From Bacteroidales bacterium (lineage in GTDB: Bacteria; Bacteroidota; Bacteroidia; Bacteroidales; F082), in the NCBI GenBank assembly GCA_017538795.1, contig JAFYIE010000103.1:111-64110 (forward strand): a stretch of DNA of 64,000 bases, read 5' to 3'. The notes below the pieces were generated by a model. The model did no database searches, was not told the DNA's origin, and was given only the letters and a program-made list of their open reading frames with translations. Every line of letters starts with the position of its first letter. Position 1 is the stretch's first letter. Positions 26,276-35,600 of this stretch are shown here, one piece after another. The position numbers were made by a program, and so were the translations under genes.

Positions 26276-29200
26276 ATGAGTAAAAAACTTATTCTCTTTT
26301 TGATGGTGCTCTTGTTCGGAAGCACAAGCTTCTTAAGAGCAGACGAAGTGACCATTGGAAGTTTAGAAGGTGCTGCTAACAACAGCTATCTCCCAATGAA
26401 CTCACTTTACAACTATTCCTACACACAGCAGATCTACACTGCTGAGGAAATTGGAATGGCTGGTACAATCAACTCAATCACAATGTGGTTGTACGGAAAC
26501 GCAAATCTTTATGAAATGCCTTTCGACATCTACATGGTTGAAGTTGATAAAGAAACATTTGACAGCACAACAGACTGGGTGACAGTTGCAACAAGCGACA
26601 TTGTTTACTCAGGTACTGTGACAGTTCACAACACTGACGCTGAACCTTACACATTCACCCTTGACACTCCATTTGTGTACAGCGGTGAAGGTAACTTGTT
26701 GATTGCATTCAACAACTTGACAGGTCAGTGGAAGAGCGGTTTGAACGGTAAAGTATTTGGTGCTTCTGGCGATCCAAATATGGCTATTTACGTTCGTCAG
26801 GATAGCGGTGCTTACGATCCTACAAACCCAACATTCACTGCAACAAGCACAACTTATGCAAGAAACGTTGTTATGATCGACATTACCGGTGGCACACCAG
26901 GTCCTGGTCCAACACCAACACCAACAGGTAGCCTTACAGTTACCCCAGCAGACGTTTGGGATTTGGGTGAAAGACCAACAAACGGTTGGATGGAACCATT
27001 CACAGCAAGAATTGAAAACAATGGCGCAACAGCAATTGTTGAAGGTACAATGAGTAACACATCAGGTGTCACACCATTTGCTTTGAGCGAGGAAATCAAC
27101 CAGACACTTGAAACAGGTGACGTTATCGATTTCGAAGTTGAATGGAATAACGTGGCTGATGGTGACTACACAGAAGAATTCACACTCTTCTATACAGAAA
27201 CAAGAGACATCGTCACAATTCCTGTGACAGCTACACTCTACGAAGCTGGTGAAGCTGATATCGTTGAGACAGCAAAGACACTCGCATTATCATACACAGC
27301 AGGTGTCGCTAACTTCGGACACACTCCAGCTGACCTTCACGATAACTATTTCGGAGAGTATGAAGATGTTGACGCTGTTTATCAGTTCAATCTTACAAAA
27401 GACTCTAAATTCTCTGTAACAGGTGGTGAATTCATCGGTATCTACAACAAGGTTGCTGATTTCCACCCAACAGCAGCTATTGAACCAGTTGTTGCATCAT
27501 TGACAGGTTCAATTTCAGAGGCAACACTCCTCGCAGGTCAGTACTACATGATCGTTGCAGGCGATGCAATTACAGAAGTTTCAGGTACAGTTGAGCAGAT
27601 TCCAGCTCCAGAAGCTCTTACAGCTTTGGCACCAGTAGACGGCGCAACAGGTCTTGAAGGCAACATCGTCCTCACATGGGAAGGTGGCGAAAACGCTACA
27701 CAATATCAGGTATTGTTCGGCACATCACCAACCAACTTGCCAGTCGCTTTGGATTGGACAAGAGTTGAAGAAGGTTTCGGTTCATTCGACGTTACAAGCC
27801 TCGTTTCAGCTAACACACAGTATTTCTGGCAGATCAAAGCCAAGAACTCAAACGGCACAGTTTCAACAACACGTTGGGGCTTCACAACAGCTTTGATTAC
27901 TCCAAGCAACGTTACAGCTTCAGAAGAAAAGATCTTCGTTGACGAGACTACATTAATTAAATGGAAACTCGCCGGCACAGGTGGCTTCACAGGTGAACTC
28001 ACAGTTGCTGACGGTACAGAAACAAACTCATACGTTCCTGTTTACGGTCTCTGGGCAGACTACTACACAAGAGGTGAGATGATTTATCCAGCTGAAATGC
28101 TCGAAGAGATGGAAGGTGGTACAATCACATCATTGACATTCTACCTCAGCTCACCAGCAACAGCAGCATGGACACCAGACGTGTTCCAGGTCTACTTCCA
28201 GGAAGTTGACGCTACAACATTGTCATCATACTACACAGCAACAAACGCTCAGATCAGCTACACTGGTTACCTCGATGGTACAGGCACAACAATGGTTATC
28301 AACCTCGATGAGCCTTACACATACGGCGGTGGCAACCTCCTCGTCGGTATCCAGGAGACAGTGAACGGCACATACAAATCAGCATCATTCTATGGTGTTA
28401 CAGCAACAGGTGCTTCAGCATCAGGTTACAACAGCTCAGCATTGGCAAGCGTTACATTCAACCAGCGTAACTTCTTACCAAAAGTGACCTTCACTTGCGG
28501 TGACAAGAAGGGTGGCCGTGCTATCCAGGGCTTCAACGTTTACTACGGCGATGTGAAAGCTAACACTTCACTCATCACAGAGAACAAGTACTTACTTGGC
28601 AACCTCCCATACGAAGCAACAAACGGTCACAACGTGACAGTTACAGCTGTTTACGATGAGGGTGAATCAGAGAAATCAGATCCAGTCGTGGTGAAGGTTT
28701 CAGGTTATGGTACATTGACAGGTACTGTTAAAGAACTCATCAGCAACACAGGAATCGCCGGCGTTACAGTTAAATACAACGGTACAGATGAATTTGGCAA
28801 CGTTACAGCTTACCAGGGCACAACAAATGCAAGCGGTGTTTACACAATTGGAAACGTGAAAGCCGGTATTTATAATATAGGTAAGGCAGAAAAAGAAGGC
28901 ATGGAGACAGCCTACATGGAAAATCCTGTAACTCTTGCTTACCAGGGCACAGAAACAATCAACTTCACAATGCACGAGGTTTACAACCCAGTTATGAGCG
29001 TTGTAGCAGAAGAAATGGATGCCGAAATGTCAAGAGTGAAATGGTCTATGACAGAGGTTATCCCTGTTCCTAACCCAGGTGGCAACACACCAGGCGGCGG
29101 CACAACTCCAGTTGCAGACGAAACATTCAACTTCGACGATAACACAATGATGGGCTGGACTTCAATCGACGGCGACGGCGACGGTAACGGTTGGGTATCA

Positions 29201-32200
29201 AGCGCAAACCCAGGTATCTACCACAACTCAGGCGTCAACCTCTCAGGTACAGGTCACAACGCATCAGAAGCATACGTGATTTCAGGTTCATACGCTAACC
29301 AGACAGGTCAAGCTTTGACACCAAACAACTTCCTCGTATCACCTACAAAGGCTGCTTGGTCATCAATCACATTCTATGCATGCGCACAGGATGCAAGCTA
29401 CGCAGCTGAACACTTCGGCGTTGCAGTTTCAACAACAGGCAACACATCAGCAGCCGACTTCACAACAGTTGAAGAATGGACATTGACAGCTAAAGGTCAG
29501 GGTACTATGAGCGTCGGTCGTAACGGCCAGACAAGAGCTCAGGGTAACTGGTATGAGAAGACAGTTGACCTCAGCGCATACGCAGGCCAGGAGATCTGGG
29601 TTGCTATCCGCCACTTCAACTGCACAGACATGTTCATCTTGAACGTTGACGATATCACATTGCACGGCTCAAGCAAGGGCAGCCGCGACGTTCAGGAATA
29701 TGCAGTCTACAGAAAAGCTATCCTCAAAGAAAACGAACTCACACCAGCTGACTCAGTGTGCTTCGGAACAACAACCGACACATTGTTTGCTGACTTCGGA
29801 TGGGCCAACATGGAACCAGGTCTCTATCAGTATGGTGTATCAGCTATCTATCCTTCACCAGCTAAGGGTGGTAACCGCGCAGAAACCGTTATCGACTTCG
29901 AAACAGGCGACTTCAGTCAGTTCCCGAATGGCGTAACACAAGGTACATATCCTTGGACAGTTGTTGACGGTGGTCACACAGGCAAAGCAATGAAGACAAG
30001 CAACGCCGGTGTTTCAAGCTCAACATCACAGATCGACGCTACAGTGACATTGCCAACAGACGGTAACATCTCATTCTGGGCATTGTGCATGGGCGAAGGT
30101 ACTTCAACAATTTGGGATAAGTGCATCTTCGAACTCGACGGTACACAGATGTTCTGCTATGGCGCTAACCAGTCAGGCTGGAACGAATACAGCTACGACG
30201 TTGAAGCAGGTGAACACACACTTACTTGGAAATACAGCAAGGACGGCAGTGTTAACCCAACAGGCGACTACATGATGGTTGACGACATCACTCTCACATA
30301 CGAAGGTGGTGGCGCAAGCAACGACGATCCTGAGACACCTATCGTTTGGTCAAATGTCCTTCCAAAGGATATCAAGACAACAGTTATTGTTAACGCAGTT
30401 CTTCCTGATGCATCAGCAGAAGGCGTGACAGTGAGATTCAACAACACATTCGAGAACACAACATTCACTATCACACTCGATGAGACTGGTACAGACACTA
30501 TTACAGACTTCCGTAAAGGTGAATACACAGTGACATTCAACCACGAAGACTATGTAACAACATACGTTAATGTTCCAGTAAGCATCTGGGATGCAACAGA
30601 ATTGTCAGCAACATTTGAAGAAATCTTCAAGCCAGTTGGTTCAGTTACAGTTTCAAGATCAGGTTACGCAGCATGGGATGAAGTTGTTCCAGTTAACGAC
30701 AGAGTCGCTCAGTACTACATGGTTAAGTTAGACAACTTACTCTATGCAGAGACAACAGATAACTTTATCCAGATTGACCAAGATGAACTTGAAGTTGGTA
30801 CAACATACACAGTTGGTGTAGCAGTTGTTTACACAACAGGTATGAGCCCTTATGTATACGGTAGCTTCACATACACAGACTGTACAGGTGCAGCACACCA
30901 GATCGACACAGTCATGGCAGCTAACACTCCAGGCAACACCAATGTGACAATCGCATGGGATGGTACAACACCTAACCCGAACCCGAATCCAAACCCGAAC
31001 CCGAACCCAGGTCAGGGTAACTCATTCAACTTCGATGACGGCACAATGATGGGCTGGACATCAATCGACGGCGACGGCGACGGCAATGGTTGGGTATCAA
31101 GCACAACACCTGGTATCTACCACAACTCAGGCGTCAACCTCTCAGGTACAGGCCACAACGCTTCAGAAGCATACGTGATCTCAGGTTCATATGCTAACCA
31201 GACAGGTCAAGCTTTGACACCAAACAACTTCCTCGTATCACCAGCTAAGGGTCAGTACTCAAGCATCACATTCTATGCATGCGCACAGGATGCAAACTAC
31301 GCAGCTGAACACTATGGCGTTGCAGTTTCAACAACAAACAACACAAGCGCATCAGCATTCACAACAGTCGCTGAATGGACATTGACAGCTAAGGGTGAAG
31401 GCGCAGCATCAGTCGGTCGTGACGGCCAGACAAGAGCACAGGGTGCATGGTATGAGAAGACAGTTGACCTCAGCGCATACGCAGGCCAGGAGATCTGGGT
31501 TGCTATCCGCCACTTCAACTGCACAGACATGTTCATCTTGAATGTTGACGACATCACATTGACATCTCCAGCTAAGGCATTGGCAGCAGGTACAGTTGCT
31601 AACGCAGGTACAGGCTACGGCGCCATCAACTACGACCGCGACGGTAACTGGTACTACTATGACAATGGTACTAACTACGACGCTATCGGTTTGACATCAG
31701 GTGGTGGCTTCTACTGGGGCATCATGTTCCCTGCAGGAACAATCGAGGGCAACAGACTCACCAAGGTTTCATACTTCGACCACACAGCAAGTTCAGGTAC
31801 AGTGACTATCTATCAAGGCGGCACATCAGCTCCTGGTACACAGCTCTACTCACAGCCATACACCACAACAGGCATTACAGCTAACGTTGAAATCGAAATG
31901 GGCGAACCAGTCGAAATCGACGCTGAACAGAACATCTGGGTCATCATGCACAACACAAGCGGTCAGTATGTTGCTTCATACGACGGTGCATCACCAGGCC
32001 AGACAAACGGTTCATGGCTCTCAACAGACGGTGCTACATGGTATGAATCACTCTACTCAGCAACAGGCGGCTCATACGGCGGCAACTGGAACATCCGCGC
32101 TTACGTTGAAGCAGGTAGCGGTCCAGCACCTTCAGGCCTCGTAGCTAACAAGTACAACATCTTCTTCGACGGTGAACTCGTTGGCGCAACAGCAAGCACA

Positions 32201-32566
32201 AGCTTCACATATGATGCAGGCGACTTCGAAGAGCATACATATAGAGTTGTTTGGGTTGACAGCGACTACCTCCAGTCATGCGACGAACACAACACTATCG
32301 TCTACGCTGCACAGCCATTGAGCATCGGCGAGAACGAAGTCATCAACTCAATCTATCCTAACCCAACAAGCGGCGACCTCCGCATCGAGGCTACAGCAAT
32401 GAAGCACATCAGCATTGTCAACGCAATGGGTCAGGTGGTTTACGACATGGATGTGAACGCTGACGAAAAGGTCCTCAACATGGCTCAGTTCGAAGCAGGT
32501 GTTTACATGGTCAATGTGATTACTGAAAACGGTTCAAGCGTGAAACGCGTGACAGTTGTCAAGTAA
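26276..32566 (+). CDS. Giant T9SS-sorted multidomain surface/adhesin-like protein with two gingipain/HagA-type cleaved-adhesin modules
   Basis: 2096 aa with the signal peptide MSKKLILFLMVLLFGSTSFLRA. The cleaved-adhesin hallmarks are GWTSIDGDGDGNGW, LTPNNFLVSP, FYACAQDASYAAEHFGVAVSTT and WYEKTVDLSAYAGQEIWVAIRHFNCTDMFILNVDDITL. FN3-like and carboxypeptidase-regulatory-like domains are also present. The type-A T9SS CTD is IYPNPTSGDLRIE...VKRVTVVK. Confidence 0.85.
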   Translation: MSKKLILFLMVLLFGSTSFLRADEVTIGSLEGAANNSYLPMNSLYNYSYTQQIYTAEEIGMAGTINSITMWLYGNANLYEMPFDIYMVEVDKETFDSTTDWVTVATSDIVYSGTVTVHNTDAEPYTFTLDTPFVYSGEGNLLIAFNNLTGQWKSGLNGKVFGASGDPNMAIYVRQDSGAYDPTNPTFTATSTTYARNVVMIDITGGTPGPGPTPTPTGSLTVTPADVWDLGERPTNGWMEPFTARIENNGATAIVEGTMSNTSGVTPFALSEEINQTLETGDVIDFEVEWNNVADGDYTEEFTLFYTETRDIVTIPVTATLYEAGEADIVETAKTLALSYTAGVANFGHTPADLHDNYFGEYEDVDAVYQFNLTKDSKFSVTGGEFIGIYNKVADFHPTAAIEPVVASLTGSISEATLLAGQYYMIVAGDAITEVSGTVEQIPAPEALTALAPVDGATGLEGNIVLTWEGGENATQYQVLFGTSPTNLPVALDWTRVEEGFGSFDVTSLVSANTQYFWQIKAKNSNGTVSTTRWGFTTALITPSNVTASEEKIFVDETTLIKWKLAGTGGFTGELTVADGTETNSYVPVYGLWADYYTRGEMIYPAEMLEEMEGGTITSLTFYLSSPATAAWTPDVFQVYFQEVDATTLSSYYTATNAQISYTGYLDGTGTTMVINLDEPYTYGGGNLLVGIQETVNGTYKSASFYGVTATGASASGYNSSALASVTFNQRNFLPKVTFTCGDKKGGRAIQGFNVYYGDVKANTSLITENKYLLGNLPYEATNGHNVTVTAVYDEGESEKSDPVVVKVSGYGTLTGTVKELISNTGIAGVTVKYNGTDEFGNVTAYQGTTNASGVYTIGNVKAGIYNIGKAEKEGMETAYMENPVTLAYQGTETINFTMHEVYNPVMSVVAEEMDAEMSRVKWSMTEVIPVPNPGGNTPGGGTTPVADETFNFDDNTMMGWTSIDGDGDGNGWVSSANPGIYHNSGVNLSGTGHNASEAYVISGSYANQTGQALTPNNFLVSPTKAAWSSITFYACAQDASYAAEHFGVAVSTTGNTSAADFTTVEEWTLTAKGQGTMSVGRNGQTRAQGNWYEKTVDLSAYAGQEIWVAIRHFNCTDMFILNVDDITLHGSSKGSRDVQEYAVYRKAILKENELTPADSVCFGTTTDTLFADFGWANMEPGLYQYGVSAIYPSPAKGGNRAETVIDFETGDFSQFPNGVTQGTYPWTVVDGGHTGKAMKTSNAGVSSSTSQIDATVTLPTDGNISFWALCMGEGTSTIWDKCIFELDGTQMFCYGANQSGWNEYSYDVEAGEHTLTWKYSKDGSVNPTGDYMMVDDITLTYEGGGASNDDPETPIVWSNVLPKDIKTTVIVNAVLPDASAEGVTVRFNNTFENTTFTITLDETGTDTITDFRKGEYTVTFNHEDYVTTYVNVPVSIWDATELSATFEEIFKPVGSVTVSRSGYAAWDEVVPVNDRVAQYYMVKLDNLLYAETTDNFIQIDQDELEVGTTYTVGVAVVYTTGMSPYVYGSFTYTDCTGAAHQIDTVMAANTPGNTNVTIAWDGTTPNPNPNPNPNPNPGQGNSFNFDDGTMMGWTSIDGDGDGNGWVSSTTPGIYHNSGVNLSGTGHNASEAYVISGSYANQTGQALTPNNFLVSPAKGQYSSITFYACAQDANYAAEHYGVAVSTTNNTSASAFTTVAEWTLTAKGEGAASVGRDGQTRAQGAWYEKTVDLSAYAGQEIWVAIRHFNCTDMFILNVDDITLTSPAKALAAGTVANAGTGYGAINYDRDGNWYYYDNGTNYDAIGLTSGGGFYWGIMFPAGTIEGNRLTKVSYFDHTASSGTVTIYQGGTSAPGTQLYSQPYTTTGITANVEIEMGEPVEIDAEQNIWVIMHNTSGQYVASYDGASPGQTNGSWLSTDGATWYESLYSATGGSYGGNWNIRAYVEAGSGPAPSGLVANKYNIFFDGELVGATASTSFTYDAGDFEEHTYRVVWVDSDYLQSCDEHNTIVYAAQPLSIGENEVINSIYPNPTSGDLRIEATAMKHISIVNAMGQVVYDMDVNADEKVLNMAQFEAGVYMVNVITENGSSVKRVTVVK
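29126..29662 (+). repeat. Cleaved-adhesin module copy 1 (537 bp), near-identical to 31025..31561
   Basis: By-eye alignment gives roughly 90% nucleotide identity over the full module, with long identical runs such as caggccaggagatctgggttgctatccgccacttcaactgcacagacatgttcatcttgaa. Confidence 0.8.
30971..31009 (+). repeat. (Pro-Asn)n hexanucleotide microsatellite linker
   Basis: The sequence cct aac ccg aac ccg aat cca aac ccg aac ccg aac cca encodes PNPNPNPNPNPNP in frame. Confidence 0.85.
31025..31561 (+). repeat. Cleaved-adhesin module copy 2 (537 bp)
   Basis: See 29126..29662. A third, more diverged copy lies in the next gene at 36459..37006. Confidence 0.8.
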
Positions 32567-32588
32567 TTGAACACCTATTAATAATAAT

Positions 32589-32623
32589 AAGGAACGTCAC
32601 CCTAAAAAGTGACGCTCCTTATT
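32589..32623 (+). terminator. Hairpin after giant gene 1
   Basis: AAGGAACGTCAC (32589..32600) pairs with GTGACGCTCCTT (32609..32620), a 12-bp stem with one mismatch. The T-tract is weak. Confidence 0.5.
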
Positions 32624-32681
32624 GGAGTTAAAATGAAAAATTGAAGAAAATTAACATAATTATTAACTAAATTTTTCTATT

Positions 32682-35600
32682 ATGAAAAAAGTATTTTTAA
32701 CTTTAACGATGCTGTTGTTTGCCTTTGTAGGCACAATGAGAGCTGACGAAGTAACTATTGGTGATCCTACTGCGACAACAGTCAATACTTATCTTCCGAC
32801 TTACTCATTGTATGAGAAATCATTTACACAGCAGATTTACACAGCCGATGAAATCGGTATGGCTGGTACAATCAACACTCTTACGATGTGGCTGAAGAAC
32901 TCTTCTTCATACGCTCGTAACCTTAATGTTTACATGAAGGAAGTTGAAGAAACCTCATTCGCAAGTGCTACAGCATGGGTGAGCATGTCAAGTTCTGACC
33001 TTGTCGGCTCATTCTCTTTGGCAAATGGTATTAGCAGTCCTGTCGAGACAGCTGTTGAACTCACCACTCCTTTTGAGTACACAGGTGCTGGCAACCTGGT
33101 GATTTGCATCCAGGATGTTACCGGTTCATGGAGCGGTGGCGCAGGTAGTGTCGTCAATACTACTACTGAATACCAAGCTATTTATGCTTATCGTGACGGT
33201 ACTACCTATGACCCATCAAATCCAGGTGTTAACGGTACTATTGTTAAAGTAAAGAGCGTTGTTATGCTCGACATTACTCCAGCTGGTGGCGGTGGAGCTC
33301 TCACAACAACTCCAGACGTTCTCGACCTTGGTTATCGTCCGAATGGCGCTTGGATGGCTCCATACGTGTTCACAATCAATGGCTCAGGTACAACAGTCAA
33401 TGCATTGGATATGAGCGGTAACTACTTCTCATACAATGCTGAATTGCCTGCAACACTCACAACATCACGTCCACTTGAGGTTACTTTAACAACAGGTGAA
33501 GCTGAAGAAGGTCCTGTCAACAGCACAATGACAGTTCTCTTTGGCGGCAACAGAGACGCACAGCAGTTCAATGTTACAGCTAACGCTTACAACCCGGTTG
33601 ACGGTGATGTTTTTGAGAATGCTATCGAAGCAACAGCAATGCCTTTCGCTGGCAATGCTCCTACAGGCATCTACAAGAACTATGATCTTCCAGTAGCTAC
33701 AGAAGGTGCTGAAGCTATGTACAAAGTTACATTCGATAACGATGTTCTCTTCAGTGCAGGTACTGCAGGTGAAAACGCTGTTACAGCTATCTATCCTGAA
33801 GACTTCAACGGCCAGCCTGGTCCTATGGCCGACAACAACTATGTTTACAATGGCCCAACAGTTAACCCAGGCCCATTGAGCATGTGGTTCAGCTATGACT
33901 ACACTGGCACTAACACATGGTTCGGCACTTCAGCTGGTGGCGGAATGATCTTCGGTTACAAGATCACTGCTGCAATGCTTCAGGAACTCGGTCTTGGCAA
34001 CTGCGCCATCACAACAGTTGAGGCAGCAGCACGTAACAGTACAGCTGCAACATACTATGATTTGGTTATTTTGAAGGGCGGTGACGAACCTGACCTCAAC
34101 AACATGGTTTACTATCAGTCATTTGAAGACTTTACACCAGGTTATTTCTTCGATGTCAACCTCGATGAACCACAGTTCTTAGGCGATGACGAGAATCTCT
34201 GGATCATGTTCTATTCAGATTCTCCATATGCAGCATACTGCGGTAGACAGCCAGTTGATGCAGCTAACAGCAAGATTTGGTACACAACCAACCTTACAAG
34301 TTGGTACAGCAACACAACTTACACTCCTGTTATTTACACTCGTTTCCTCGAGTTACCTACAGGTCGTGAAGTTACAGTGAACCTCGCTGACATGAAGATT
34401 AGAGAGAGCAAGCCAGCAGAAGGCCAGATTGCAGAAGCTAACGGTAATGTAATGGGTGTTGCAAAAGCTCAGATGCAGAAAGCTAACCGTGGCAACCGCG
34501 ACGTTCAGACCGTTCTTAACGAAGGTTTCGAAGGCGGTTCAATGCCAACAGGTTGGACACAGACTGGTGACGGTGGAAGTGTATGGTATGTCGGTAGCGG
34601 TGACTACAGCTCATCAACAGGTTCTGCAACTGGCACATACAATGCTTTGATCACTCACGGTACATCTAGTAGTGTTCAATATCTTGTAACTCCAGCAATG
34701 GATTTGAGCAATGCTACATCAGCAACAGTCAGCTGCAACTACGTTAACCGTAGCTGGGCTGGTGACTATGATGGTTTCGCTATTTGCTACCGCGTTAACG
34801 GTGGTGCATGGAATGAGTTGTTTGTCGAACCTAGTTATCACAGTGTTTGGAATGCCTCTGGTGACATTGAACTTACAGGTTTGGCAGCTAACTACCAGAT
34901 TGGTTTCAGATTTACTGATCACTACGGTTATGGCGTAGGTCTTGACGACGTTGTCGTAACCGCTGACATTAATGATACTCCAGAGCCTCCAACACCAACA
35001 GCAACCTATCAGATTGAAGACTTGTATGTCCCAGCAGGTACATACTATGTAGCAGTTGCTTCAACAACTGAAGAATTCAATGTTGACATGGCAGTGGCAG
35101 AGGTTCCAGCTCCAGAACAGGCAGTTGTTATTTCTCCAGCTGATGGTGAAACCAACGTGGCAACTCCATATCTCGCAGAGTGGATCCTTGGTGACTACAC
35201 AGAAGAGATGCAGGTTTTGGTTGGTACACAGTATCCTCCACAAACAGCATTGATCGACTGGACAGACTATCTCGTTGAGTCAGCATTCTTGTTAGACCTC
35301 GAGCCTAACCAGAGCTACTTCATGCAGGTGAACGCACGTAACGCAGCCGGCACAACAATGGGTGAAGTTTATGCTTTCACAACACCTATCGACCCAGTTC
35401 AGAACTTCGCAGTTGAAGAAGATGAACTCTATCCAGGCGATGCAGCAGTGTTCACATGGGATGCAGCACGTACATTCAAGAGCTACAACCTCTACTGCAA
35501 CGGTGTGAAGGTCAATGAAACACCTATCACAACCAACACATACACCGTTGAAGGTCTTGAGTACAACATGAACGGTTATGAATTCGCTGTTACAAACGTT

